A DNA stretch of 63,829 bases, filler included, from Bigelowiella natans CCMP2755 (Eukaryota > Protista > Cercozoa), in NCBI GenBank assembly GCA_000320545.1. It is 7 parts of 7 records of this genome, joined end to end, with 100 filler letters (N's around TTAATTAATTAA, not from the genome) between each part and the next. Parts side by side here need not be neighbours in the genome. Positions count along the whole stretch, not along the records: positions 23,324 to 48,353 come from ADNK01002427.1; positions 48,454 to 58,052 come from ADNK01000850.1; 5 more parts are not named here. One strand, 5' to 3'. A program made the position numbers and the translations under genes. The notes under the pieces were generated by a model. That model did not search any database and was not told the origin of the DNA. It was given only the letters and a program-made list of their open reading frames with translations. Within the stretch, counting starts at the first letter, position 1. Every line of letters starts with the position of its first letter. This document shows positions 38,721-51,831 of this stretch, piece by piece.

Positions 38721-40335
38721 TTATTTCATATTTTCAGCGGAGAATAAGTTGTTTCTCGTCAACAACTTCATACAAGTCACTACGTGCGTGCGTACTTGCG
38801 CTACTCTGATTTTGGTTTCTTACTACTATTAGCACTACTTCCTGTCTTTTTCCCTGCTGCTGTTTTTTTGCTCCTATTCTTTTTAGCCTTGGCTGCTTTC
38901 TTGAAGTCCCTCACTTTTATTGCTATTAAAAGCTCGGACATTAGGAAGAGCGAATTGATCTGAATAGCAAAGGATTATGGTAAGCTCATTATCATTAGAA
39001 ACGAATGGCACATCGCGCTTATTTTAGTCTAAATATCAACTAATTAGAAAACAGTAGTAGACACTCCCGTAAAAGAAAATGATACTTAAAAAGTAAAAAA
39101 TCCAACAAAATGACGGTATAATGGTGGAAGGTTGTAAGTGGAAGTATCGTTGTTGTCCTTCCACTTGATGGATTAATCGAGGAAAATGTCGTGAATAGGA
39201 GGATGATGTGTACCAAAATAACGATTGCTATGAAGATTAATGGGGCTGAGTACATTACTGATATAAAGAACCTATTAAATCAATCATACGTTATGTAATA
39301 GTTGTCTGATTTGCTCCATTGCACTGTGGATTTGAGCGTTGAAAATAAACGCGAATTCTCTGCCGTTAAATTTTACGTGCAACATTGATCCATACTTATG
39401 CACACATACCACACAGTCACAAAAACGTTGGGAATATATAGTTCCCAGCATAGTGTGAGAATAGTCATACTAAGCTCATCCTGGTTCCTCTCAGAATCAC
39501 GCTAATTACCCTGATGGGTCAAAGTATGCTTGCCCAGCAAAAAGCTTCCAATGCTCCATTGCGAAGTCATTGATGTACGTTGCGCCTAACGTCCCGATTA
39601 CTACAGCAGAAGATGGAATATTTATAATTCAATATTAACATTATCACATCAACGAGAAAATCCCATCTAATGACAGAATCCGCATAGACAATACGTAAAT
39701 GTATGGTAGGGATTACAGCATGCCATCAGCAGGACTGTCTGTATCGGCCAATTTTTTCGTGTAAGAATAGCCGTTATTGCTAAGAGCATGTGGAAGCCAA
39801 ACAAGACTAATATCCATCTGTTGATTAAAGAGGAAGCAAGAGGCAGAGGGGAGGAAACCACACACCGTGAGGAGATATTATTATGATTCGAACAACGCTT
39901 TGACCCTTATATACTGGTTTGAAAGCATGTAAATAGAGTATGGCGCTTGATCTTTGGAATTAACGTCCCAATGTTATTGTTTGAGGTACTCCTCTTTCGT
40001 CTGTCAACTGATCTCGCAGTGGAGATTCTAGAAGAAAGTCAAAGGGAGGAGGAGCAGCCAGATCATATTACGCTTTATTGACAGGATCTAGAACCCCTGA
40101 AGTCACCAATTATAGGTGCGCAGGGAGCAAGATGTGCATTCTGTGGCTGCATGATCTGACGTCATCACGTATTATCACCATCGGCTGCTTGCAGAGCTGA
40201 CCTTTCATTCCAATCTACGGCGCTAACGAATGCTTCCACTGCCTCAAAGAAGGTATCAGGATCAGTGCTATTCCGTATATATCGGGAGGCGATCTCATCG
40301 ATCGGAAGATTGATGTTTGGGGGTGCATTTCGCAT
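38721..40335 (-). CDS. TMEM18: TMEM18 homolog (small multi-pass membrane protein), spliced; may start further upstream (about 40600)
   Basis: Exons: FFEAVEAFVSAVDWNER-WILVLFGFHMLLAITAILTRKNWPIQTVLLMAC; ATYINDFAMEHWKLFAGQAYFDPSG-FFISVMYSAPLIFIAIVIL; basic C-tail. These match the TMEM18 VDW..PW...FH, YIN...W..F....YFD..G.FIS...SAPL pattern. Confidence 0.88.
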
Positions 40336-41281
40336 GAGAAGTAGTTTTGGCTATAGGGTTGGGGGTGGGGGTTGCCAACGCCTCTTCTTTTTCTTTTATC
40401 TTTTTCTTCTCATTGAAACCGACCCGAAGACAGTTTTCTTTAGATGTTTCCAGAGTATATTATAATCCAGATTACAATCTCTTTCAAGGGGCTGCGACTG
40501 CTCTCGGCTTTCATCAGCACTATTTCCGTACGATGCATTTTGGTAATTCCACGTGCGTTCTTTTCTCTCGCTGCTTCGAGCTGTGGAAGAAAGCGTGTGA
40601 CAAACGACAACAATGATGGCAACAATTGTTCTCACACACAGCTGAATTGATTGATGATTGATGATCACTGCTCATGCACTCACTCATACACTCGAGGATT
40701 TGGAACTAGATTTTCACCTCGTAATGTTGTCGTAAGATAAATTCGGAATGTATTCGTAGCATCATTGCACACGTGCGATCCAGGAGCATCAAATTGACGA
40801 TGGACCTCGTAATTTCAGCCACGATCCTCGAACTGGCTTGATAGATGCCGGCCTTTCATATTCATACGACTTGACATTTTGCTTCTGCATTTACTTAATT
40901 GCAGGGTGTTTTTTGGTTTGACATCCTTTTCGGGAGACTGGAGTTCTTCTAGGTCAGTCAAGGCCCTGCTCCTGAAGCGATTTCCCGGAGGTAGGGTAGC
41001 AAATGAACGATGTGACTCAGACTGTGCATCAAATGAATGAAAGGAGGATCTCTACTTCGGCCACAAATAACACTGTTTTGCTCGTTGAGGGGGAAAAAAA
41101 TAATGTGTAAAGAAGGCGGTTGGCTCAGAGCAACGCCCGCGCTCTGTAGCTTCCTCGAAGCTTAGACCCGCTGCAATTCTTGCACTTTGTGTGTACGGTA
41201 GCTGGATTCTTCGCAAAATAGAGCGGGCGTTGCTGCGCCTCTCCGTGATTTGAGACTTAATTTCTTGGTGTAGACTTGAAC

Positions 41282-42653
41282 ATGATTGCATCTACTAGCG
41301 AGACATCATGCTCCCCTGCCCCCCCCGCCCATCTCGAAACCAAAGGGCGGGTGGAAGATCAATCTGCATTCTCCTCGCCCCCATCCCCTGGATCTAATAG
41401 GTTTCAACTGAACGAGTGGCTTTTGATACAGCGAAAGGACGGTGAGTGGCAGGAAGCTCAAATTGTCGCGAGGGGACCAAAGGACACAGGTAATTTACTA
41501 TCTTGAGCAGATAATACTGGGGGGGGAAGGGGGTGTTAAGTAGGTCATGAAAATCGTTCTTCTTATTATAGAGGTGAAGATACGTTACGCGGATGGTTGT
41601 GTCGAAGCATTGAAGTTCAGGTGGTGACTGACCATCGAGGATTAGATTATAGCAACGCTTTGTTTTGCAGCTGATGCGACTACCTGCTGCCTTTAGAAAC
41701 AACCACGAACCGCCGATTACAATATTTTCGTGTTGATGCATACTACTTTCTTCCCTGTGGAGCATAGTAACGAATAAACGGTTATAATGTATTCGGCTGA
41801 TGCATACCACCTTCTTCTGTAGAAAACACCAAGATCACTGATAACAATAAAATGTCACAATAACCAAAGATAACAATATAGAGTATACAAAGGGGGGGAG
41901 GGGGGGGGGGGAGTGATTAGCTTTTACAATACACTGAAATATTTAACAGGAAAGAGCAGACAAAATGGCCATCTTCATCGGGATCATCAGCACCTACAAA
42001 CAGCTTTGACCCCCTCTTCCTACCTGAGAAAATTCGTTCTCCAACAGTTAGTAGTACTAGTAACATCCTTAACAGCCTAGACTTGACCCAGTTGCAGCTA
42101 CCACCCCATCAGCGAGTATTGAACAACGAGATTGACGCAGTAGTAGGGCAGCAGGAAGAAGACGACCAAGAAGAGCGAGGAGGGGGAGGGGGAGGATACG
42201 CCTTTAACAGGCGACGAATTAAGGCAGTTGGTGGTGATAGCGAACAACTTGACAGCGTGGAGGAAGAAGGGAGAGGTGGAGTGCTGATAGGAGAATCTCT
42301 TCACCAACGCCATCATCATCATCATTTGTCTTTCGAGCATCGATATCATTCCCTTGCGGAAGAAGACGAAGAAGCAGCAGCAGCCAACACTTTGTCAGCT
42401 GTTACTACTTTCGTCAGCACCACTTCTTTACCAACGATGCCTACCGAAGACGCGCTTTTTGGGGGGATAGCGAGTGGGCAGATAGAGCTGAGAGGGCGGA
42501 TAAGAGGGGGGGCAGGAGGAGAAAGAGGAGATGGTAGTGTTAATGACACGGGAGGGGAGGAGGATGAGGAGAGATCAGGCAACGTCATGCTGAAAATGAG
42601 CGAGGCAATGGGTGCTGGAGACTACTATACTTCGCAGTCAGGTTTGTACGTCA

Positions 42654-42695
<42 letters not shown>

Positions 42696-44632
42696 GCTAT
42701 CTTTCTGCGATGGTGCTAGGAAGGTGGTAGCAAAGCCCAATGTGTTTCGTTCAACGCGCACGTGTCTCTCATGCTCCTTTTTGTATCAGATTCTTCGTTT
42801 AAGGCATTGGTGTTTAATGCCCTGAACCCCGGGTATTTACTACCGAAGCTGCTGCCGTCACAAATCAAGGAGGAGGAGGGAGGGGGCAGAGACCAAGTCG
42901 AGCTCGAAGAAGAGAAAAAACAGAACGAGGGCGATGAAGCAGAGAGCAAGTTGATGTCCTCCTTTCCAAATCAGATAACAGCTTCCTCCTCTTCCCCCGC
43001 CCCCTCATCTTCATCATCATCTTCTTTAAAATCAAAGCAGCAATTCAAAAAACCGTTCAGTATTAAGGAGGCAGCAGGGGATAGAGATGGAGGGATGATG
43101 AAGAAGGTGTACAAAGGAGAAGTGCAGGCCGAGCTGCTTGGTGATGCGGTAATATGTTTTTGTGAAGCAAGAATATGGGCAGAGGGGGGAGATCGATGAT
43201 GATGATGATGATGATGATGACGATGACGACGATAATTACGAGGAGGAGGAGAGGGGGGGGGGTGGGAAAGGAGTCCATATCGAGAAGATTCCAATACTAA
43301 TATGCTGATAAATAGAATACACTCTTACATCAGAATAATTAGATACTTCTTTCTTCTCTTCGAGCATGCATTTATGATATGTTAATCGTTCCATACTCTC
43401 TGTTCTATTCTCAGGAGTTCAACTTCCAAGATACCCAGCACCAGCAGCAGCACCACCTTGGGAGGAAATACCCCTTCCAGAAAGGGTCTACTGCATACAA
43501 AAGGGGGGGGGGGGCGGCGACAGCAGGGATGGGCACTACCTCTAACGAACGTCTATCTCGCCGAAAAGGAAGCTATTACTCTTCCACCCGAAGCAATCTA
43601 GGAGCTTCAGCCAAACGGTGGCAAACACCATCCTCATCATCGTCGTCATCATCATCCTCGTTGTCCAAAGCGCGAAATCAGCGCCGAGACCTGCAAATTG
43701 ACACTTGCGACTTCAAGGTGGGCGAAGATGCCTCGAGCTTCTTCAACACCCACGCCACACGTAGAAGAAGGCGACGACGCAGCAGCACCAGCAGAGGGTA
43801 TTATTATGATGGCGATGATAGTAACGACGAAGACGAATACAGTGACGATGATGGTGATAATAGCGAGGAGAGCAGCGCCAACAAGAACACTGGGAAGAAG
43901 AAGAAAAAAGAGAAGAAAAGAAAAGCAAGAACGAGAGGAGAAAATAATAACGCCGAGGGAGGAAGAAAGAAGAAGAAGGCGAAGAAGAGGGCGAGGAAGG
44001 ACCTTGATGAAGAAGGGGGGGAAGGAGCCGATGAAGAAGGCGACGGCATTGAAACCCAAATTCAGAGAGCAAAGATTGGATCCAGACTCTATGTTAGAGG
44101 TAATTAAAATATGAGTTGGTACTATCATCTTTGTACACAATAATACACATTAGTATTTGCAGTTATAATAGTTACGGGTGTTCCTTAACCAAACGGAGCC
44201 TTTCTACTTAGATTCATGAATGTATTCTTCAACGACGGCAGACATGTTCGTATATTCTTGGCGGTTGTTTGTTGTACATCGTCTCATATTTATCCTCCTC
44301 ACCCCACCTCCTCCCCCACAAACTACTACCCCTTGTGCTGCTGCTGCTGCTGCTGCTGCTGCCGATGTTTCTACTACGGCAAGATGGTGTGTATGAGTGG
44401 AAGGTGGCAATGCTCAAAGCGAAGGAAAAGAGGTAGTAGACCAGGCTTATCTGTGTCATGAATTGAAAGCATAGCTGTCGTTCTCCTTTTGGAGCTGTCA
44501 TTTTAAGCATTTAAAGAGTCAAGCATGCAAATATCAATTTTCATTGAATTAGGAAAGAAGAAGGGGTGTGTGGGGGGGGGGGGGGGGGGAGAGGGAGAGA
44601 GAGAGAGAGAGAAACTGATTCATTGATTCCAA

Positions 44633-44677
<45 letters not shown>

Positions 44678-45391
44678 GACATTAAGAGAGAGAAAGAGAG
44701 AGACACTGATTCATTGATTCCAAATCGATTAATAAGCCCGCGATTCAAAAGAAGGATATCCTACTGGTGAAGCCGGAAGATGGGTTGTCGTTGTTGTTAT
44801 TTCTTGTTATTGTTGTTGTTAGATCATCTGCATGCCTTGCACTGCTTCTTCACTTCAGTGACGAGAGGAAGAAGAGGAGGAAGAAGAAGAAGAAGAAGAA
44901 GAAGAACACACAATATAATAATACCACATACCACAGTGTTTTGACTTGAAGTTGCTCTCGGGAGCATACGTGTTAACTCGGATATGTGTATAAACAATGT
45001 ATACAATATATGAAACTCGTGGTTATCTCCAACCTAAAAGGTGGGACCCCCCCTCTTTTGGATCTGCGAGGCGAAAGAAGATCGTACTGCCTCTGACAAA
45101 CAGCTGCAAGTGGTGTGGTATGACAAGAAAGCGAAGAAGCTCATCCGCACACGACAAGTAGGACTTACAGCTAATAGAGGGGGGGGGGGGGATGAGAACA
45201 GAGACTACTGTAGGATAAATTCTAATATCTTATGAAATGGAATGTGTGTGTGTGTGGTGGGTGGTGTGGGTGTCGTTTTTGCTAGTATCTCGCTTCTTCG
45301 ATTTATTCCCCCGCACCCTCCTCCTCCTCCTCCTCCTCCTCCTCCTCCTCCACTTTCGAGCCCGTAATATGTGGTGTATATAATTTATATG

Positions 45392-45433
<42 letters not shown>

Positions 45434-45745
45434 GGCAGATTGACACGATCGAGCTGAGCTCAATTCACGGATCCATCTCCCGTAACAACTAACAGAGAAA
45501 CAACACACAACAAAGAGAGATCATGATGATGACGATGATGATGATGACGATGATGATGATGATGATGATTTCTCGGTAGTATTTACGCGGAGAGAATGGG
45601 CTGCGCCTCATTTCTGACTCTATAAAAAAAAAGGAATCTCGCTAATAAGAAAATATAGCTTTCACACAGCCGGATTTTTCCCGCGACTTATCCATACCGT
45701 TCATTTTCATCAAAACTCTAAGATTCGAGCGAACCAAATTCTGAC

Positions 45746-45796
<51 letters not shown>

Positions 45797-45992
45797 AGAT
45801 CTTTTGACAACTCCATTTTTTCTAAAAATGATGTTAGATTTTAAATGCAACAGGTCCACCGACAGCGAAGCAAGTAACGTTATTGGCCAAGGAACTTGGT
45901 TTGTATTGATAAGTATCCAAGTAATTGCATGTGTGGGAGTCACTGGAGGGAGGGGGTATAATCTCCATACCGATATGCATGTATCATAATAT

Positions 45993-46028
<36 letters not shown>

Positions 46029-46125
46029 CGCATTAAAGGGCGGCGGTGTACTACTCACTTTGACCGTCAGTCAACACGCTGTATGCATAAATGTACAACA
46101 GAAACATAATGCAGCACAATACTGA
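41282..46125 (+). CDS. Large low-complexity nuclear-type protein with an N-terminal Tudor/chromo-barrel-like domain, multi-exon
   Basis: FQLNEWLLIQRKDGEWQEAQIVARG followed by VKIRYADG is Tudor-like. There are acidic and Lys-rich NLS-like tracts, and later exons LFWICEAKED..LQVVWYD and PPTAKQVTLLAKELG. The 3' end is uncertain. Confidence 0.5.
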
Positions 46126-46942
46126 TGCTCGATGGCAACAATATACAACAGCTAGAAAGCAATGAAAAGCGCGCGCGCGCGCGCGCATGTGTGTGTGTGT
46201 GTGTGTGGATGTAATCATGCATACACAATCTGCGAAGCACCTGCATGGACACCTAGACACATCTAGCTAGCCCCGCTAGCCCGCCGCGCCATGATGCTAG
46301 CATGTCCATAGCTGGATAGATGTGAACAAGCTAGGCCGTGTGTTGCTTTAAGGGTGCCATTCTTGTTCGCAGTTTTTGCATCGATCGCATTGTGTACGGA
46401 CGTAGAAGTGCCGTGCTTTTGCACATGGCAGCACTAGCTAGAGCATGCGTGCCGAGGATATATTTGTGCAATCTAGGCAATGATTGCTAGAGATAAGCTC
46501 ACAAACTGGCTGCCATGGCATTGCGATCTATCATCCATCTGGCAAACCACATCGATCTGCCAGGGCATGCATGTGTACGTTGCGATCTATCCAGCTGTAG
46601 AATTAGACGACATATCTACTTGAGCTGCTAACATATACTAGCATGCATGCTAGCATGCATGACGAGCAAAATGAATTCAATGTCATCGTCGCACACCATC
46701 AACCAGCAAAATCTACAAGCAGTGTGTACGTCTAGACGTGCAGGCTGCACCTCGGTTCTGCGCGCACGCGCTTCATTTTGTTGAATTGCACATTGCATTC
46801 ACCCCCATATGTGGCACACATTTTCATTATAGACAAAGTAATATGATACATAATATATATCACAAATGAAATTTGCGTAGCTGGTTGAAGACTAATGGAA
46901 GGACGAAAGGGGCAGGAAGATCACGTTCTCAACCCCTGATTT

Positions 46943-47411
46943 TCACCAGCTTCCCCCGTCCACTGTCAACATAACATGGATCTCATCACCATCCTCCACG
47001 TTAACCTGAAGAGGAAAGGAATTTCAAAACTTTGGTTTGAGGTTTAAAGTGAACGATTTTGAGTCACAAGTTTTAAGTGCTAGGGTTATGAATTAACTCA
47101 CATCGGCGGGCGTCTGATATTTATGAATTCGTTCTCCATCATGTAGAAACCGAAATGCGTCTTTTTCCGTCGCTCCAACTTTTGCGTAGTATGCTTCCAT
47201 CATTCTCTTGAATGGGGTTGTTTTCTTCACCTTGAAGTGGACCTCCCTTCCGTCTTGTGACGTGAACACGAGGTTCAAGTGCATAGTAGTCTTTGAATCC
47301 TGTAAAATACGAATCAGTAAGAGGATGGATTTGTAGACCGGGGTAGTCTAAAATGCGGCAAAGAGTAGTGTTTCGGCTATTCTTGTCGGAAAGAAGAACC
47401 TTTGCATCCAT
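46943..47411 (-). CDS. SUMO: SUMO-family ubiquitin-like protein (divergent), three exons
   Basis: MDAK / DSKTTMHLNLVFTSQDGREVHFKVKKTTPFKRMMEAYYAKVG...FRFLHDGERIHKYQTPAD / VNVEDGDEIHVMLTVDGG-SW*. The QDG.EV.FK.K.TT, FRF..DG.RI...TP and terminal GG signatures are present. Confidence 0.9.
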
Positions 47412-48453
47412 TGTTAGCTAGCGTGTTCCAGTGTGCGGTTTGGTTTATGGACGAATGAATGAAGTGATGGATGGTGCCTGGGAAATCGAGCTCTCGGCTT
47501 CGTCTGACCGAGAAGAGTTTTTCAGATTTTCTTATTTTAATTGGAATTTGTCCTTGTCGCTCGACGGAAAAGGCAGGGGATTTTGGTCATATATCACAGC
47601 ATGTCTCTCGGCACCAAACAAAAAAGAAAGAAATTTCCCCAGAACAATCCTGCAAGCGCAAAGTAAGCGACAACGAAAGATCGCCAAGGGTCATCGGGGA
47701 GACAGGCTGCGTCGTCGTCATTCTAGCATTCTGCCTCTGCTGGTCTGATGCTTGTCAGCAGCCATCACGCCAATTTTCAAATCATTCTGGTTTCACCAGT
47801 GAGTCCTCGCTGTTTTCAGCTCGCAGGTCCTGCGTTTCGCACTTGTGCAAGTGTCGTGCAACACCATCACGCTTCATTGGAAACGTTTTCGTTCGTCACA
47901 GATTCTCTCTTTCTCACCTCTCTCAGCTTTGAACTCATGCAATTTGGCAATGTCGATGCCCGATGACAACAACGTGCAACAACCAGAAAGCGATGAAGCG
48001 TGTGTGTGGACGCCCCCATCTAGCCAAGCATGCATGCTGGCACGCGTCGTGCGCTAGTGCGCAATCTGCGAATCACCACCTGCCCGGACAAACCCAGACC
48101 CCGTTCATTGGAACACGTGCTGGCGTGTCTGGCTAGCTCTCTGGACGTGTGGACTTTGAAATGATGAGCGGAACAGCTTGCTCGTGCGTTTTTCGTCCTT
48201 GTGCATCGATGCCGCAACTGTGCAACTTTTCAGCTGACCCGCCAACCAAACTGCAGCAGTTTCGTGTCGTCTGCTAGACATCATGCACCTCCGACACCCC
48301 GCAACGCATGCATGCCATCTAGTAGCTAGCCATGGTCTAAGATGTGAAACAAANNNNNNNNNNNNNNNNNNNNNNNNNNNNNNNNNNNNNNNNNNNNTTA
48401 ATTAATTAANNNNNNNNNNNNNNNNNNNNNNNNNNNNNNNNNNNNNNNNNNNN

Positions 48454-50491
48454 TCAGCTGGGGGGTCTGTCCAGTAGCTCCGTATCTGTCGATGTCTGCC
48501 GGGTTCTCTTCCGTAGCTCGGTAGGTGTAGGTAGCTGTGTCCGCTAGGTCCATAAACTCTAACGCATTAACGCTTGACTCAGAGGTCCACTCGTCAAGCC
48601 GTATCATGTTCTGGCTGATGGTCCTGCCTGACTTCTTTGGCAACTTAGCAAAGTATATCTTGTGATTGTAGAATGATATGATCCCCCCTAATTTTTCTAG
48701 GGCATCCTGTCCGAGGAGTAGTTCCATGGATAAAGTCATGGCTACTCGGGTCTTGATTTGGGTCTCCGCGTCGCTGCCAGGTATCTGTAGCTTTAGCATT
48801 AGCTCACCGACGGTCTTCATGGAAGAGCTTCCGTCTGCTTGAGCATATTTACGTTCTTTCTTAGTCACTTGATCCAATAGTCCTAACCTTCTTACTGTGC
48901 TTAGGCTTATGAAGGACTTCGGCATGCTGCCACTATCCCAAAGGGCAGGTAGTTTCTTGTAGTCTCCGTAGCTGTCTTTAACTTTAACCTTGGTCATAGC
49001 AACTTTGATAGTCCTGTTAGCGTCTTCGTCATTAATGTTGCATACTCCTAAGTTCTTTATGTCGTCTAGGGTCATGGGCTTGTCTTGGTCCTGCGTTGCT
49101 GGTACTGCTGTCTTCGTCGGCGCCTGCTTAAGGTGATCTAATATTCCGTTTATCTGCTGCTGTATAGCATTGATACTGTTCTGCTTTTTGTTCTTATATT
49201 TATTGTTCTTCCCGTTGTTGCTGCCTTGCCATTTGCTGTTGTTATATCCTTGTCCTCTGCCTTTCTTTCTCTTTAACTTCTCGTAGTGTTCGTTGAGCTG
49301 CCTGATCGTCATCCTGGGTCGTCCTTCTTTCCTGTCTCTGCAGTCTTTAGCGGTGTGTTTCCCTTTACGTGAGCAGTATCCGCAACGTCGGTTACCTTCC
49401 CTGTCCTTGTACCAGTCTCGCTGCGGCTTAATAGCGTTAATGTTTCCTATGCCAGGTACCTTAGGGCTGGTAAACTTGCGGTCCTGCTCCTGCTCGCGTA
49501 GGGATATAGCCTGCACTGCTGCCTCCATCGTGGTGTAGCCTTTCTCCGTAACGTAAGTGGATTCCTTTATCTTTAACTTGAACTCTTCAAACCTTGCCTG
49601 ATCATCACCTGTGTTGTAATTAAAATCATGTAGTTCGTCGATCATATCCTGGAAGCGCGTGGCAAAGTCTCTAACAGGTTCTCTCTCATGCTGCATCATT
49701 GCTCTGTATTTTCTAATAGCCTGGGGTAGGGAGTTAGCATCCTGTTCATTTACAAAAGCCTTCATTATCGCCTCAACGTCTCGTAGCCCACTAACTGTAG
49801 TGTGTATTTTCTCTAGCTGCCTGATCCGGGTCCTGCCTGTCTCGTAAAGGTCCATGGCTTGCTTTATTATAGCTAGCCATTTGAGCTTGTCGTTTTCGGT
49901 GGGGTTAGGGGTAAAGTCGCAGAGTATACTCCTAGCGTTCTTCCACCACCTCCTTGCCTCACCTCTTTTCCCGTTGTATTTCGTTATCATAACCGGTGCT
50001 GTTTTAACAGACATGAACTGGGTGTTCCGCTGTACCGGCTGCTGCTGCTTGACGGTGCTCTGGGTCGTCCCCCGCGAGGCGCCCAGACCCCCGTCGTTCC
50101 TAAACAAAGCTGCCCACTCTGGAGGTAAGTCTGCTTCGTAATCCATGATGTCCTGCATGATAGCTGCCCAAACATCATGTGTCTGATACTTGTATTCTAT
50201 CGATACTTTCAGTTTGGCGTAGTTGCTCGCCCTGGGTCGCAAGGCTCGTAATGCCATTACGACCTTCTTGCTTTCGGCGGCCACGTCCTCGTCGTCCGCC
50301 TCGTAGAAGTTCTCCAGTGCCTCTGCTGCTGCATCTGCTTTCTTAATCCCGGGTGCTGGTCCCGGCGGTGCCTGTGGAGGTGTTCCTCCTCCTTCCTTAG
50401 CGTCCGTATCGCCCTTCCTTTCCTGTTTCTGCTCGTGCCCTTGCACGGCCTGCGAGCCAAAGTCCTGCTGTTCTTCTAGCTGCTGTGACAT
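48454..50491 (-). mobile_element. LTR retrotransposon gag-protease ORF (Ty3/gypsy-like by inference), truncated at the contig end
   Basis: Intronless ORF of about 680 codons with a capsid-like region (Q...E.VRDFATRF), a zinc knuckle CGYCSRKGKHTAKDC, and an aspartic protease ALWDSGS...LLLGQDAL, with no gag-pro frameshift. Confidence 0.88.
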
Positions 50492-50507
50492 TGTTAGTCA
50501 AATCGTT

Positions 50508-50525
50508 TCCCGTGTGTGGAAGCCA
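50508..50525 (-). promoter_or_regulatory. Candidate primer-binding site
   Basis: The minus strand reads TGGCTTCCACACACGGGA, starting 5 nt after the LTR end. The plus strand reads like a tRNA 3' end (..TTCCCGTGTGTGGAAG-CCA). Confidence 0.5.
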
Positions 50526-50530
50526 AAGGT

Positions 50531-50896
50531 TGTTGCGCGTAAGGTGTTCACAGGCCGAGGCGCTACGTGCACAAGTAGGCAGGGGGGGGGAAAGGCACGT
50601 TTGCTTCCTTTTGAAGAGTTGTGTTTATTTTTATTAAAGATTATATTTTTATTAAATCGTGCACTGCGTAATCATTCGCGAAGCTTTCGCGAATGCCGCC
50701 GCACGTGGGGCAGCACACTTCCGGTGTGCTGCCATGAGTCCCGCCGGAACCCACGTGCCTATGCTGTATTAATATCTACGTTATCTATATTCTATATCCG
50801 CGACAACCCCTTTGTTGTCGCACGTGACTTGTGCCCGCGTAGTGGTACGCGCTACACATTCGTGCCACTGCGAGTGGAATCACTCATCGCGCAACA
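50531..50896 (-). mobile_element. 5' LTR (366 bp) of the retrotransposon
   Basis: Bounded by perfect 9-bp inverted termini TGTTGCGCG...CGCGCAACA (TG...CA), contains AATAAA copies in element orientation, and lies just upstream of the PBS and the gag ATG. Confidence 0.8.
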
Positions 50897-51831
50897 CACC
50901 TAGAAATCCAGACATGCATGCAACAATGCAAAGCTAGAAAGGCCACCACGCTAGCTCGAGCCCTGGAGCTAAGGAAAATGCACGTTTGCATCATTTGATG
51001 AACACGTCTAGACATTGCAACTGTCACGCCGTTCCAACGACTGTTGCGCGTAAGGTGGTTACAATGCACGTGGGGGCGAGCAAGCTTTGTGAACTCTGTT
51101 CGCTTTGTTACTGTGTCAAATGTTGCAATGCCAAAGTCATGTTTACTTCCTTTGTTTGTTGACCCACACTTACACGCATCACGTGTAATGGGCATCTAAG
51201 CATTTGACATGACTTAATATTGCACCGCCTACATTTATGAACTGCGACAACTATATTCCTTGTCGCAGGTGACTCATGGCCGTAGAGCACTACGTACCAC
51301 ACGACCAGCGTTCTGTTCTCTAGCTAGCTCTAGCAGCTAGAGCTAGTTAGGGGTTGTCGTTTGAACGGCCACATTGAACATTGAACAAAGCATTGATGCA
51401 AAAACTACATGAGCATGAACCACATGGGAGACAAGCTAGCAAGCCACAATTTCCATGGATTTTGTGAACACAATTTGGGCCATGCTTGTCGATGCGATGG
51501 TCCACAGTCGGGTCATCCGAGGGAACACAGTTTTTGATGAAAAAGACACGATGTTCGGTTTTGTCGCATTGATGAAATGCATGTGGAATGTTCACTTGCT
51601 CACTAGTTGTCCGAAAAGGGTTGTCGCAGCATCAGACCGCCCTCACATCGCCTGGAGAAAGGTCTCTTCGGCTCCAGAAAGACCAGAAAGAACGAAAGTG
51701 CAGAAAAATCACCAAGTCGTTTCCACAACCTGAAGACCAGAACAAAAAGCGCAATCGTGAAGACTCTCTTAGCGCTTGCATTTCTATTGACACTGTCCTT
51801 TCTATCAGAGCATCTTGTCACACCCACCACG

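Noticed and set aside
49293-50460. Overlapping ORFs within gag (plus strand and other frames), and ORFs antisense to the dioxygenase
   Set aside because: They are shadow ORFs of the real coding strand with no recognisable motifs.
50500-50525. tRNA gene
   Set aside because: Only a 3'-end-like segment is present and no cloverleaf is visible; it is better explained as the retroelement PBS.
51607-51831. Hydrophobic stretch AIVKTLLALAFLLTLSFL as a TM anchor of the dioxygenase
   Set aside because: It lies upstream of the first in-frame ATG (the track start is TTG), so it is treated as UTR unless cDNA shows otherwise.
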